Part shown: piece after piece, positions 27,202 to 40,820 of the stretch
Layout of the letters: the number at the start of each line of letters is the position of its first letter
Position numbering within the stretch: the stretch's first letter is position 1
DNA from: Trichosphaerium sp. ATCC 40318
Taxonomy: Eukaryota; Protista; Tubulinea
Reading direction: 5' to 3'
Length of the DNA: 64,000 nucleotides
Assembly: GCA_038496445.1 (NCBI GenBank)
Contig: JALMLS010000156.1
Span: 1 to 64,000 of the forward strand
Position numbers and translations under genes: made by a program
Notes under the pieces: generated by a model
The model's database searches: none
The model's input: the letters and a program-made list of their open reading frames with translations, nothing else
What the model was told of the DNA's origin: nothing

Positions 27202-30200
27202 TTATCCGCGGAATGTACCAGCATTTTGGAACGCATAATCTGTTTGATCGACGCCCGGAGCAGTCTTCATCTTATCATTAACGCCTAAGCAAAAAAAAAT
27301 TAAATCTCTCAGTCACGTGGACTAAAATCTTGTTTTACCTTTTATGACTCTAGCAAGTGTTGTTACTGTGGATGCAGGTAATAATGCTGCCAATGCACCA
27401 AGTATATTCGAAATATATGATTCTATTTCCTTAAGAGCAACAGCTGTTGTCTTCTTTAGCTTCATTTTCTAAAAGAAAGAAAAAGAGTTAAACCGAAGAA
27501 CCTTGTTTTTTTTTTCGTTTTTTGAAGTTACCTGATCATCAGTTGGAAAGAAATTTGGTGGACGTGGTCTGGTAACAGGTAGTATATACTGTTCAGATTC
27601 TTCAAGATCCCACTTAATTTGTCGAGCAAGTTGTGCAACAGGAACAATTTGTTCCAATTGTTTGCAACGAACCAAGTATCTCTTTACAGAAATTAGATGT
27701 TGACGAACATCATGACACACGTTCATAGCTTCAAACCTATAATGTAATTAGAATGTTTAACTACATACCATAAAATAGGTAATACGTATAAAGAAAACCA
27801 CAAAAGAGAAGTAGAGTTGAGAAGTAAGATAAAAAAAAATTATAGTGTAAGTACTTTAGTTTGTTAAGTTTTTCTTCAGGTGTCATCTTCGTTTGCCACT
27901 CTGGTACTTTCTCCTCTTCTTCCTCTTCAAAATGTTCTTCAGGTCTCTTAGCATGTTCTCCGGATCCCTTTATACCATAAAGTCAACACAAAATCATTTC
28001 GTTTCTTTAAGAAAGAGCAAGAAAAACAAAAGCGTACTCCAACAAAGTCCATAAGGGAAGGTTTACCCTTTTTCTTCTTTCCTTGACGTTTACGTTCTCT
28101 CTTCCTTTCCTTCATCTTACGCTCTTGTTCGTACGCTATAAAATAACGTTAGGCCCATAAAAAAGCACAAAAAGGAACTCAACAAAGAATACACTAACTT
28201 GTATCCAAAAAAAAAAAAAGACTTACCAAAGTATTGTTTGTTCAAGTGATCAATCATATGATCTGTTCCAATCCTGTACTTGTTCATCAACTGCTCATTT
28301 TCGAAAGGATTTCTATCAAGTGTACAAGTTTTCAATTGTTGACATTGACCCATACTTAAAGGTAAATCTAAAGAAAGAGTATGAGAATAAAGTCCGTCAA
28401 AAAAGAAAACTCTAGTAAAAATCGCTTGAGAATTTACACATAAGATCACGTGCCGCTTATTCTGTTATCAGAAATATTAAGAGAAACCAAACGTGACATC
28501 TGACCGAAATTCTTTGGCAATGCAGTGAGCTTATTGGTACCCAAATTGAGTTCCAAAAGACGCAACATTCCACAGAAACCTTCAGGAAGCTCTGTAAGAT
28601 TACAAGCGTTCATATCAAGAATCTCCATGTACGACATTTGTCCCATAGTTTCAGGAACAGATGTAAGAGGATTACCCGCAAGATTAAGTTCTAAGAAGAA
28701 ACATATAAGTACGAAGAAACCCAGAAAAGAAAAAAAAAAGAAGAAAAAACTCAATTTATCACTCCCTTACCTTCAAGATTCGTAAGGTTTCCGATAGTGT
28801 GTGGAATTGATCTTAAACTGTTATTCGCAACATCTAGCCTTATCATATTACTAAGCATACCAATTTCATCTGGAAGAGATAATAGCTGATTACCTATGAC
28901 GAGTTAACGAGGTTGGAATAAAAAAAAGGATGTTGGGTTGTTTTTAATTCGTGCCATTAACGAAGAGTAGTTCAAGCGTCTTTAAACGACCCAATGCCGG
29001 TGGAATACGCTCGAGCATATTACCAGAGATGTATAGAGATCTTAGCGATTTAAAGGCACTAAAATCTGGCCATGAAGTGATCCTAACACGAGTAAGTAAG
29101 AATGGCGTCCGACAAGAACAATAGTATGTAAAAAGAGTTTCTGGAAATCAGTTTAGTTGGTGGCTTCCTGTTGATTATAGGAGACTGATGATTAGCATGT
29201 GTCACGTACGCATTAAAACCCAAGTCGAGGGAGGTCCAATCAGAACGTGCATTTACAATAGGAGGAATCACCTTAAGCTCACAACCAGTCAAATCAAGTT
29301 CAAGCACTTTTTCTTCCTCCAATAATTCATCTAACAAGCGATTAGTTACTCCACACCCATTTGCGTTATTATTGGCTTGTGTTAATATAGCTAAAAGTAA
29401 AAAAAAAACTAGTTCAAAATCACAACAACTTCATTACTTCTTTCCTGAAAAGCAAGAACTGACAAACAAAAACTCTACCTTGATTTCCTAGTGTTTGAAG
29501 GGCAGCCTGTACACGACGTCTCACAAGTTGTTTAGAGTCTATTTTAGCAGAAGAGGATTGTTGGCGACTACTAAAGAAGGAATCAGAGGTTGAGAGTTTC
29601 GAAAAAAAAAAAACCAAAAAAAAACCAATTAAAATATCACGTGCACTTCTTTTTGGCCAGGAACGAATGCTAAACATATATCACCAGTTACTTTATCGCT
29701 CTTTCCGGAACGTGCATTAAGCTTGAACCAACCAGGGGTACCGTCAAGAGTAACCTAAACAGTTTTTGTCAACAACTAAACTTGATAGCGTTGGCTACGC
29801 GCGTAGTGGGTGCCATAAAAAAATAAGGAAAGCGGAGACCAAAAATAGCGTTATTGTCGCTGTCAGTACAACAAAAATGTTGTCAACAGGTTTTTATGAA
29901 TAAATAAAACAGTTTAAACTGAAATTGGGTGTACCTGCGCCATATCTAAAATTACTAAGCCCAAAAAGTCGTCTGAACCTATAGCATCTTTGTCCCATAC
30001 AGTAACGAGTAGTTTTGTCGTTTTAGAAAAATCTCTGTGATGAATCAACGTCAGAAATTGCTGTGATTAAATAATTGAGGGTTATGAGTTCGTACACGTT
30101 AAAGATTTCCTCCCATTTAGGGTTTAGCGTTTTTGGTTTTACTTTAGATTTATAACGTCTTCCGCCTGCTGTCAAGACTGTGTAAGGGTCCGAATAACCG

Positions 30201-30307
30201 TTTAAATCGGCAGCAACAAGTCCTCTTGCCGCAATTACTAAACAAACGCTCTATTAGCACGCAATATCATCGCAGCGTTCGTGTGTGCCTTTTGTTTGAA
30301 TCCACAT
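27202..30307 (-). CDS. C2-domain plus leucine-rich-repeat protein with helical C-terminus
   Basis: IAARGLVAADLNGYSDPY..KTLNPKWEE..VWDKDAIGSDDFLG (C2); LxLxxNxLxxLP repeats. Confidence 0.85.
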
Positions 30308-30677
30308 TTTAATACAACGCTAGTTTTAATTTCGCCCAAGTCACCTCTTGAATTTTAGTTATATCACCACCTTTAGCCTGACAAGCGTTAAACTTCGCCT
30401 TACCACTGGTTTTCTACAAATTCAACCGATTACTCAAATTGACTGAAGCCTATTCGAGGGTTTGTAGCTCAATTTGAGTACATGGATTTATTGCGTGAAT
30501 CAGGGAAGCCGTTGTTAACAAAATACGAAGTGACATGTTGAAGAAATCCAGTTGACAACAAACCTCTTCTAAATGTTATGTAGTAGATAGAGGCAAAGGC
30601 GAGGAGTTATATTAGAAAGCATATTAGCAAGATTATCATGTTGCACCTGCACGTGCTTAAACATTAATACACGGAAG

Positions 30678-31170
30678 TGAGAAAAACTAAACAATAAAAG
30701 AGTTACGTGTATCAGACCACCCAAACATCTCCAGCAGCAACTACAACTGACTTATTATTCGGTGCAATATTTTTGATATCCGTTGCTTTCAAACTTGGAC
30801 CGAAATTGGTCAGGGAATCCATACCAGTGTTCATATCGATGTTAGCTAAGATACCAATCAGTATTTTTAGTGAGTGGCTTTGTTCCAAAATTCATGATGA
30901 ACCCACCTATCCCTGTGATAAGAAAACTACCCAGAAATTCGCAAGCCTATAGTCAACGGTTAATTGACAGTAATGACAAGTTGCTACAAGTGCACTTGAG
31001 CTATTAGATTTGTTGAAATAAACCCTTTTTCTTGAGGAACCAATGAAGATCCATTGAACTCAAACAGATGTAAACCTCGTCCAGTTCCTTCAGACACAGT
31101 GACTGCCAAGTATTTGTTTTGATCGTCAATAGCTATTTGTCCAATTGTACTGCTATCTACATTCGGTATA
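30678..31170 (-). pseudogene. Inverted partial duplicate of 10494-11028, introns included
   Basis: Near-identical reverse complement, e.g. 30710-30850 vs 10850-10995 and 31020-31170 vs 10494-10645. Confidence 0.85.
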
Positions 31171-31482
31171 TTATACTACTGTCTACCTTTGGAAATGGGC
31201 GAGGATCAGAAATTCACAAAAAAAACTCATACCGTTGTTTGTTAGCGCTAGGTGTAAAAGAACACAAGGTCAAATGACGGAGCAAAAAGGGCAATACAGT
31301 AGAAAAGGTGCTCTTTTGCTTAAAGCCCACTACTCTAATTGCAAGGTGTAACCTGGAATCCCAAAATCTCAATGCCATAAACAACTGCCCTCATATGTTA
31401 GCTATCGCTTAATAGTGTACGGAACAACAACGAAATTTCCTGACCGGCTTGACTAGCTTAGTGTTGTTAAGTGATGGCTAAA

Positions 31483-32511
31483 ATGGCGCATTTTTTGCAT
31501 ATCTTTGTATGTACAAGCCGTAACAGTATTTAACAATGTTGAATGTATCAATAATCACAAGGGTTATGTGTGGAGCGATTGCTGTACGGTTTTGCTGTAT
31601 CTTTTTCACAAAGAGCAATTAACTTGCGTCATACGCCATAAAAACGCGTAAAATTAAGTATTGTAGGCTATTGCTGGAGTAATCGTTGTATTAGTGTCAA
31701 TCTACTTTATAATCGGCCTATGTCCTACCAATGGTACTACAACAAGCGGTCTATCCTGTACTAAGGTTAAAATGGACACTTATAATTATGGGTAACTTGT
31801 CTTTCACTAAATCGCATTTCATTATCCGCATTTTGCCGCCAATCATCGCCCTATTTTAATCTGTATTCTGGCTCGATACATTGCAACTGTATTTATAGCG
31901 AGCTAATGTTGCTCTAGTATGGCCATGAGTGGTTGCTTATTGGGTTTTATCTCCTCTGTGTTCGGATACTTACCTTTCAGAAATTACTCCAAATTCACTT
32001 TTCCATTTGTACGCCAATCACTCGCTTTTATGACCTCCTATGAAATCTTGTAACTACCAGCGCGGGGTTTTTGAGTAGTAAGAAAATTTAGCAAGCCTTA
32101 TGCATTCACTGTTATCACGTGCTGTTCATTAATCTACGTTGACATTAAGTTTGTTTTTTTTCTAAGAAAGATTGTATGGTTCGTGCAACTAATGCTTGTG
32201 TAGTTTATATGTGGAATAGTTGCATCTAATTACCTTATCACACATGGTGTAGGATTTATACAGTACACTGTATGGATGATTAGAGAAAAAGGAGAGGCAG
32301 AGCCATCAACAAGTCTTGTTCGAATCAATTATGTAAGTTCTATTGTTGTTCAAAGATTGCCTCAGCAAATTTACTCTATTAGACTTTGATTGCTTTAAAC
32401 GCTGTATATACTTTATCAAGTGCTATATTAAGTGGATTAATATCAAGTGTTCATATATATGAAGCAGAACGAGAAAAAGAAAAAGAAAATCCGTATGTTA
32501 AAATGACTTAA
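31483..32511 (+). CDS. Small multi-exon four-TM membrane protein
   Basis: Spliced frame with about four hydrophobic segments and a Cys loop CPTNGTTTSGLSC. Confidence 0.6.
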
Positions 32512-32830
32512 AAAAAAACCCTTGTGGCAAAATCGTTCTTGTTAATCTCATCCATTATGTACGTCTCTTGCAATTCTTTTATCCTAAATACTATTGATCA
32601 ATTTTGATTTAACTACAGCATCTATGACCTGGTACTGGACTGCCTAGTACAAGCAATTATGCAAAAAACAAGAAGTTATTCTCTACTGTCCAGATTCATC
32701 ATTTTTAGAGTGCAAATATCACGTTTTATGGTGAAAGGTTGGCAGATTTGTTAATCACAACATGTCAACTTTATTGTCACTAATAAACCAAGGGTATATT
32801 TACATTCATTGGAATTCGTATAGAATACCT

Positions 32831-35800
32831 TTAGGAATTCTTAGGAGTACGCTTAGCGCGTTTTGTATCTTTATCAGGTCTCATATCGCCACTTGCTGCT
32901 CTCTACATTCACTATTAATCGGAGGAAAAAATAAAAAAAAACCAAAACACAGCAAGCCAAAAAATGAACGTCAAAATTTTGCTGTCACGTGTCACAATTT
33001 AAAAAAATCATAGCATTAATCAATACCTTCTTTCCTTTACTAAGATTTACATCAACATCCATGTCATTAGCGCTGAGACACAACACATTAACAACCACAG
33101 AGAAGAAAATCAAAAAACGTACTCTTTCTGGAACTCATTTTCTTCTTTATTGCTTTCATTGCTTTCTTCCTTACCCTCAGGTTTTTTCTCCATAAAGAAA
33201 CTTTTTGAAAGAGTTCTTACTTTATCTTTAATAGTATTTATCCTTCTATATCCCCAGAATACATTTTTTCGATTTGTTTGAGAGAAGTCATCCTTGTGAA
33301 CAATCCTTTAAGAAATCAATATAAAAACCAACGGAGGAGGTTCCTTACTTAACCTTCCCTCTAAGCAACTCAAGATCAATAACCTCTGATTTATCAGTCA
33401 GTACTAGTTCTCTATCGTCCTTTGTCATATATTTCAAATGAGTCAGTTCCTTATCAGCAGGCCTTGAAGAGTATCTTTAATAACAACTTGTAGTAAAAAG
33501 TTATACACGCACCATCGAATCAGCTTTTTCTTAGCGTCACCACGTGCATACCATGAAACACGTGCTTTCTTTTTATCAAATCTATCCTCAAACATATCAT
33601 CTATTCGTCCATATGCCTTACCTTGATCTAAACGCGAAAATGAGCAATAACAGTTGCAAGGAGCGCTCCAGTTTTTTTTACAAAATACTTACCACCGACA
33701 TCCAAATTAACATGCTCAAGTGTTATCTCTATCATTACATTGCTTTCAATATCATACTGTATCTTATTAACAACTGCTGATGAGAAGTATGTCTTTCCTC
33801 TCTTCTCCTCAATCGGCTGTCCAAGCCATGTTATACCATCAGCTCTAAAACAAATAAGAAAAAAACACGAAAAAAATGCAGTACACCAAAATCCCTATCC
33901 TCAGAAAAAAAAAAAAGCACGTGCCCTAGCTTATGAGCCTTATATTTTTTCATAGTCTTATTGACTTTATGTTTTTTAACAGCATCTGTTGTGGTTTCTT
34001 TGAGCCTCTTTTTCACAGCTTTATTTCTAAGCAAAATTTTATATTCTCTATCACATCTAGCTTGTTCTTCCTTTAAAATAAAAGTCTCAATCAGTACACA
34101 ACCACTCTACCCTTAGAATAACGCATATCATACCGGTGCATTAACCTCAGCTTCCCAACTGTTGTATGTATCAGACCAACCTTTCCATTTCACCAAGTAC
34201 TCACGTCTTCCCTGTTGAAAAGAAATCAACAAAAAAAAAGCATGTAATTTGATCTCTGCATACCTCGTTGTCTCTAGCTTGTATCAACTTCTCGATTTCC
34301 CATGTCTCTCCTGCTTCCCAATCATCAACTTCGCCTTCTTCATCTTCCTTTACTTCATCCAAGTTAATTTCAATCTCAGACTCTGATGATTCAGAGTCAG
34401 AATCAACAACCACTCTTCTTCCTCTTGGCTTCAATTTCTGTTTTTGTGAGTGAGTCAAATACACTCTTTAATATCCTCTATTGTATACCTTTGGCGTATT
34501 TTTTTCTTTCCTAACAGGTTCTACGCTGTCTTCGTCACTATCATACACTTCATTAATAGAAACAAGTTTCTCTTTCCTTTTTCTTTCTTTTTCCTCTTGT
34601 TGCCTTCTTTTTTCATCCAAGCCTTCAAGACCAAGTCTAAGTACCCTCCTATTTAAAAAGTTAATAAGGTTTTGAAAAGTAACAGGAAAACGCACAGCTT
34701 AGCAGCTGATCTTTTGTGTTTTAACATTTCTTGATACTCTTTTATGAGCTTTGGAGCGTTTATTTCAGAAACCCATGAATTTCTTTCAGCTGAGTATCCT
34801 TTCCATTTAACTAGGAAATCAATGCCCTAATATTCAAACATTAGCCACTGACCACATCCAGCATATAAGCTATGATATTTCACAAATTCAAGGCTGGTAA
34901 AAATGTACACGTGATAGATTTAGTAACATAAAAAGTTGGATGGAAATGTTTGTGCGGTTTTTTTTTGTTGTTGACGTACACTTGGACGTTTTTGATGGTC
35001 AATAATTCTTTCTACTTCCCATTCATCCTCATCCATGTCTTCACTTTGTTCTAAAAGGCTTGATATTTTTGAGAAATCTGCTTTTTCTAATCACTTAATG
35101 TTAGAGTAAAAAAAAACTTGTGCGAAGATAAGTCATCGTTGTTTTAATTTTAAAAGAACTTCGTTGTACATTCGTACCTGTTGTTACAAGAAAGTTGAAC
35201 TTTCCTGCTGCTTTGAATAGAATAACGTTCTTTGCTCTAAAGCTATTGACACAGCGAGGTGTATGCTCATCACAACTGTTGAGGAAAAAAAACGTGAGAA
35301 TGAACAAAAAAAAAAGAGAATGAGTGACATTAGTCACCCTATGATCTTTTTTAATTACCTCTTTGAGAATCCGAGTTGGTGATGTTTACCTTGACCAAAA
35401 CCATAGCAAAGGCCTATAAATATTACGTAAGAAACCAAAAATAAGTTAGATTTAAAACAGGTCAACAATTAGACTTTGTAAGACTTTAACTTTTATGCCT
35501 TACCATTTGTTGCAATAACCATTGTGTGATAATCACCTGCCGCACATTTATGAAAGAATTCTTCTTCTACAGTGTCAAATCTAACACGATGAGGTACATC
35601 TTTTTCAGCCAGTTCACCAATACCAAGTTGACCTTTTTTGTTTTGGTTAGTAATTTTGCTGCACCTCTCCCTGTGTACTTCTTTTTCGTACCTTCGCTAC
35701 CTCTTCCCCAAGTATATACACTACCATTCTCTATTTTAAAGTTAGTAAATGAAAGACCCAACACCACCTCTGAGAGTAACTCGTTACCTGAAATTACAAC

Positions 35801-37203
35801 ACAATGATTTTTTCCAGCATCTGCGTCTATTATTTTGTGACCCATGAGGTTTCTGACACAGCTTGGTGTATCTATATCTTTTGTAGATTTACCTAGACCT
35901 ATTACATACGTTAACAAAGGATCCAAAGACGAAAAAAAGAAAGAGCATTCCAAATAAAATAAAAAAAAAGCTGTTCAGTTCATCAGCGTACCGAGTTGGC
36001 CGTGCTCTTTGCATCCCCATGTGAACACTTGCCCTTCCTCTAAAAAATCACTAAGTGAGTTTTCAATTTAGCAGGTTTTATTTCCTGTACGTACTTGTCA
36101 CGGCAAGAGAGAAATCATATCCAAGAGCAATTTTCGAAACATCTTTTTCACGTAATGCTTTCACCGGCACTGGAACCAATGACGAGCCCTTTACAATACG
36201 TTAATGCTATATTAAGGATAAAAAGTATCTGTGTAGGTCTCTGAAGGGCCATTGAAGGTGGGTGAAACAGTTTCACGTGTGTTATTTTCTTTTCTTAGTC
36301 GTAAAAAATTACCTTTTTTCCTATCCCAAGACGTCCATTGCCGTTGTTTCCCCATGCATAAACCTTGCTATCCTCTAAAAGAAGTAAAGTAAATACTCAA
36401 TGAAACACGTGTATGATACACCACTTTTTTACGTTGGGCAGACAATAAAGCCAGGGAAAGAGACGTACTTGTAATAGCCATTGCGAAATTATGTGAGCAA
36501 ACAACTTCTCTGATGTTCTTCAATGTTTTGACAGGTACAGGCGTTTTAACAGATGACAGCGTTCCTTATATTAATTCAGACGAGATCAGAGGCGTAAAAT
36601 CACCAGTTGAAGCGTACTGGAGGAAATAATATAAAAAATGCCGTTAAAAAGATTTAATTGTTTGGTTTCGTTGGGAGCGCTTGTTTCGGTTTTTACGTGC
36701 GTACCTGTACCAAGCTGGCCACTTTTGTTTGATCCAACACTTACACATGTGCCATCAGCTATAATGTGTTAAGAGTGTTATTGAGTGTAATAATAGCGTA
36801 CTTAGAACGCAAACAAGAAAGTCTGCCCCAACCGCAGCATTAACAACTTTGTATTTACTGAAAACACCCTAGGTGTGTTAGAAATTGTTGTAAGATGCCA
36901 CATACAGGAGTCACTGGAATAGAAACGTAACTTCCCCACATCTCTTTGATTTTTTCCATTACCCTCCCCCAAACTAATGGAGAGCCCGATTCTATGCGTT
37001 TTAAGTTGTCTACAAATCGCAGAATCAATTGTACTTGTAACAGCGCAACAAAGATAACCAGAGCAATCTAAGGACGTAGGATTTTCATCTGAAAGCGCTT
37101 TAACAAGCTGTGGCGTATGTACATTTCTAGAGCCACTTTGACACAATGTATTTTCTTTGTTTTCGCCCCAGCAATAAACAAACGTATCAACAGCAGACGT
37201 CAT
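32831..37203 (-). CDS. RCC1-repeat plus two chromodomains plus BAH domain protein
   Basis: RCC1 repeats ([33 protein letters not shown]); chromo 1 [23 protein letters not shown]; chromo 2 [24 protein letters not shown]; [37 protein letters not shown]. Confidence 0.8.
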
Positions 37204-37294
37204 GGGTTATTATAGCGTTTAGTGTTTTCTGGCGCAGTGACTTAATAAAATTGTCAAGGCACATTTTAGCGCACCGTCACACAGATAGCAGGTA

Positions 37295-38105
37295 ATGAAC
37301 AAGGTAAAGCTATTTAAGCGTGCCAAGGGCTTTCGTGGACGCTCAAAGAGCTGCGTACGCGTTGCTAGGCCAGCAGTTCAAAAGGCCATGTTATACGAAT
37401 ACCGTGATCGCAGGACGAAGAAACGAAATATTAGACAAATGTGGATCCAGCAAACAAATACTGCACTACATTTACATGGTACGTGACTCCTGCAGGTAGT
37501 TAATCGCCATAGAGTGTTTTCTACGCTATTCCCTGTTTTTAATTCTAAATGACTGGAATAGGCTTAAATTACAGCCAATTTGTACCTGCACTTCAGCGAG
37601 GCCACTGTGTTTTAAATCGTAAAATATTGGCTGAGCTTGCTGTCAATGAACCATACAGTTTCCACGCTCTTACAGAGTACGCTCGTCAACACCCACCAGC
37701 AGAGGGCCTTCGCGATACAAACAGACACAGGTAAGTTTATGATTACTATATTGCTCAAATACAGGCCTATTCGCACGTAAAACAACAATGCCGCAATAGC
37801 AGGCGTTTAAACAAAAAAAATTTTGCCAATTGTTCAACCACAACTCACCCAATCGTTTTAGAATGAACGTTGTAGAAGAAATAGTAGATCCACCAGCACC
37901 AAAGTGGGTATTGAACGACAGGAAGATCAATTGGGATGCAGTAAACGAACGCTTCCTACAAGTACCTCGATTGGCTGGACGTGGCAGAAACGTTGCATTG
38001 AGAGACGATATCATCAAAAAGAGAAAACGTCTAGTACAATTGACAGAGCGCTTTTCGAAACAAAAAACAGAGCTCGACGAAATCAGAAAACAAGCGCAAA
38101 TGTAA
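37295..38105 (+). CDS. MRPL20: Mitochondrial ribosomal protein bL20 with a C-terminal extension
   Basis: AKGFRGRSK, YRDRRTKKRNIRQMWI, LNYSQF, LNRKILAELAVNEPYSF. Confidence 0.93.
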
Positions 38106-38400
38106 TTACCACACTAAAAAAAACCAACGGGACCAAAAAAAAACACCTTGGATCCTCCTCGCACAAAGAAGCCTTTTTGGAGAGCAGTTGTGCTCCTTCT
38201 TCTTTAAAAATGAAACATAATGTATGTATTGAATGTAAACGCTGTAGCTTTGACACAAACACGTATTTGTTGGTTTTGACGCAGCAAGATTTATTTGACA
38301 AGCTTAGTCGTCCTATTGTATGTATATAAATTAACTGATACTTGCTTGCGCTTACTGCAAGTTGGTTGAATATAGAGTAGAAACAATAAGGTGTTGTCAT

Positions 38401-39383
38401 TTAAATACCAAGACACCTGTTTGTTCGGTGCCAGTACTCCTAGTAAATGTTTAGAACTATTATTCGCCTTCCATCAAAAATGTAGCCGCACCTGTCTTTC
38501 GCCCCATCCATTTGGAGAGCAGTTGTGTCTGCCACAGTTAATCCAATTAACAGTAGCTCTAAATCCGGCAAGACTTCCATCAACATAACGATTGAGAGAA
38601 TGTCCCATAAGTGTCTGCCAAACACACGCAACAGATCCAAAACCGATGGATGAGAAACTAGATACTCTACCTGGGGTATATAAAATGCCAGTGCATTGCG
38701 GGCAAGAAGGCGAACTCTGACAGTGTCTGTAGTTTCTAGCACCTGTCAATTGAAGGGGACCGCGGCCGCAGTACGGCGCTGCTATAATAGCAAATATTAG
38801 AAGACCAAACGAGCTAAAACAGAAAGCGTACCGGTAGCGTAGTTGCAAGGGTTTTGAACCCATTTAGTCAGACCTGCTGTCTCAGTGCCAATGTTAGCAA
38901 GAACAGCAGCCCATTGACAAGCGTTGCTAAAGACCTTTCCACCTATTCGATACAATCAAGTTAGTTGATAACATAGAGATTGACTTTGTTGGAGGCAGGT
39001 AAGGCTCCAGGTTCTATTTGTTTACCTGTATGTTTGGTCATGCTTTTAGCGTATAAAGTAGCGGCTGAAGCACCAAGTCTTGGGAACGCGCATCTTAATT
39101 CCTGTGCTGTAACACTTTTCTTTGCATAACATCCGCCATTTGAAGGACGTTGTTTGGGAGTAACAGGCTTAGGTGTCGGTTTTGGAATTGACGCTTTAGG
39201 TGTTGCTCTAGGCGTTTGTCTTCTGAAACTGTGTCTATTATGGCCTCTGTTTGAGCTTAAGTAACGATCGAGGTGTTCTCTAGCGTTTCTTGCCCTCTGG
39301 GCCAAACGAGCGCGCCAGCTAGCTGATACGCATATAGCAAATAATACAAGTGCAATTAGAAGTGAATGAACTACTACTTTCAT
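38401..39383 (-). CDS. Secreted glycoside hydrolase family 19 (chitinase/endolysin-like)
   Basis: Signal peptide; AAVLANIGTETAG, YCGRGPLQLTG..NY, TVNWINCG, PNGWGERQ|EYWHRTNRCLG. Confidence 0.85.
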
Positions 39384-40820
39384 ATTCCGGTTGTATATCT
39401 ATTGTAATAGGTGTTATAAAATAGATTATGTGTTCGAGGACTCAATGCGCACCTTTGTAGTAGCGTGTATTGCGCTACAAATGTTTGACCTAATTTGGTA
39501 TTTTTTCATTTTTTGGGATGCATTTTCCTTTTTTTGTATTTAGGACCTTTACCCATTAATACAATATTTAGTGCGTCTCATGGCCTTTTAATAGCGACTT
39601 TAGATGCCATTGCCCAAATGGTTTCAAGCTAGTGCCGCTACGCCAATACTGGAGCAAGATTTCGAAAAAAACGTCATTCAAGTAGAAAAAAATACTTGAC
39701 AGTACTCTCAAAGAATTAATGTTGATCCAAAGACGCTCAGCCACTAAAAGACGTATGCAACAATTGTGGTACTAGTAAGACGGATATACTGCAATTACCT
39801 AAATGTGTCAATCCTTGTTTTTTCCAGAAGGTTCCGTTCAGCTGCCACGGTGCTTTTGACCAGTTTCAAGATTAACAATGCGGAAATCAGTTGTGTTTTG
39901 GGAAAGACAAACAATTGGTGATTCAACAAGCACCTGCTGCCTAGCATAAGACTTGGTACAAGAAAAAAACTCGTAATAAAAAATCTGTCAAGAGCTAAAA
40001 ATGACAGATTTTTGTGACCATGGGTCACGGATTTAGCTCTCCAGGTTCCCAATTATCGTGTTATATAGGCAAGTGTTCGGCGTTCTAATAGTCACTTGAT
40101 TGTGAGTTGTCATAACACAGTAATTGTCATTTTCGCACTGCCATGGTTTTTCTTTTCTTTCAAGTATCTTCAGAAAAAGTGCAAAAATCCAAGTGAAGAA
40201 AGTTGTTTACGAGGTGTCAACGAATGCTTGACAGTTATTACTATCGTTCTAACCTTCTACTGGGTATGTTTCCTGCGCGTTAGCAACACTTTTAATTTCT
40301 CCGTCATTTGCTGGTTCTTAGGCTTCCTGTTTTTTGCAATCAGTTTGTGTTTTAGCTTTTACATCGGTTTTCAAACGTTCAAAGGCATCGGCGAGGAGGT
40401 TTAAACGTTTACCGAGTACAAAAACGAAAAAAGAGGAAAACCTTTGATACAATAGCATTGTACATGCGTCTAACATGAATAGAAGTGGGTGACTCATATT
40501 TTTTCGCTGCTATTAGCGTGTGTTAAGGTTTCAAAAAAACATTTGTTTTACACCTGTTTTATCGTACGGAACGTGGTAAAGCCTAACAGAGGTATTTGGC
40601 GTTGTAAAGCGAGATTCGTACTGGCATTCAGCTTCGGTAAATCCGAGAAAGCTAAGAACGTATTATTAGAGTTCTAAAGTTGTTCAACGCGGTTTGTAAG
40701 CATCTTATTAGCATGAATGTAACTGAATAATGATAGTTAAGCAAGGTTTCCGTGGTTTTGACGACATTATATTTACGCGAGAATTGCTCGCCTCTCTTGT
40801 TGCGTCCCCACTACGATTGT

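Noticed and set aside
39795-40677. Short ORFs listed in the ORF track
   Set aside because: Low-complexity or non-ATG ORFs without coding features; probably intergenic
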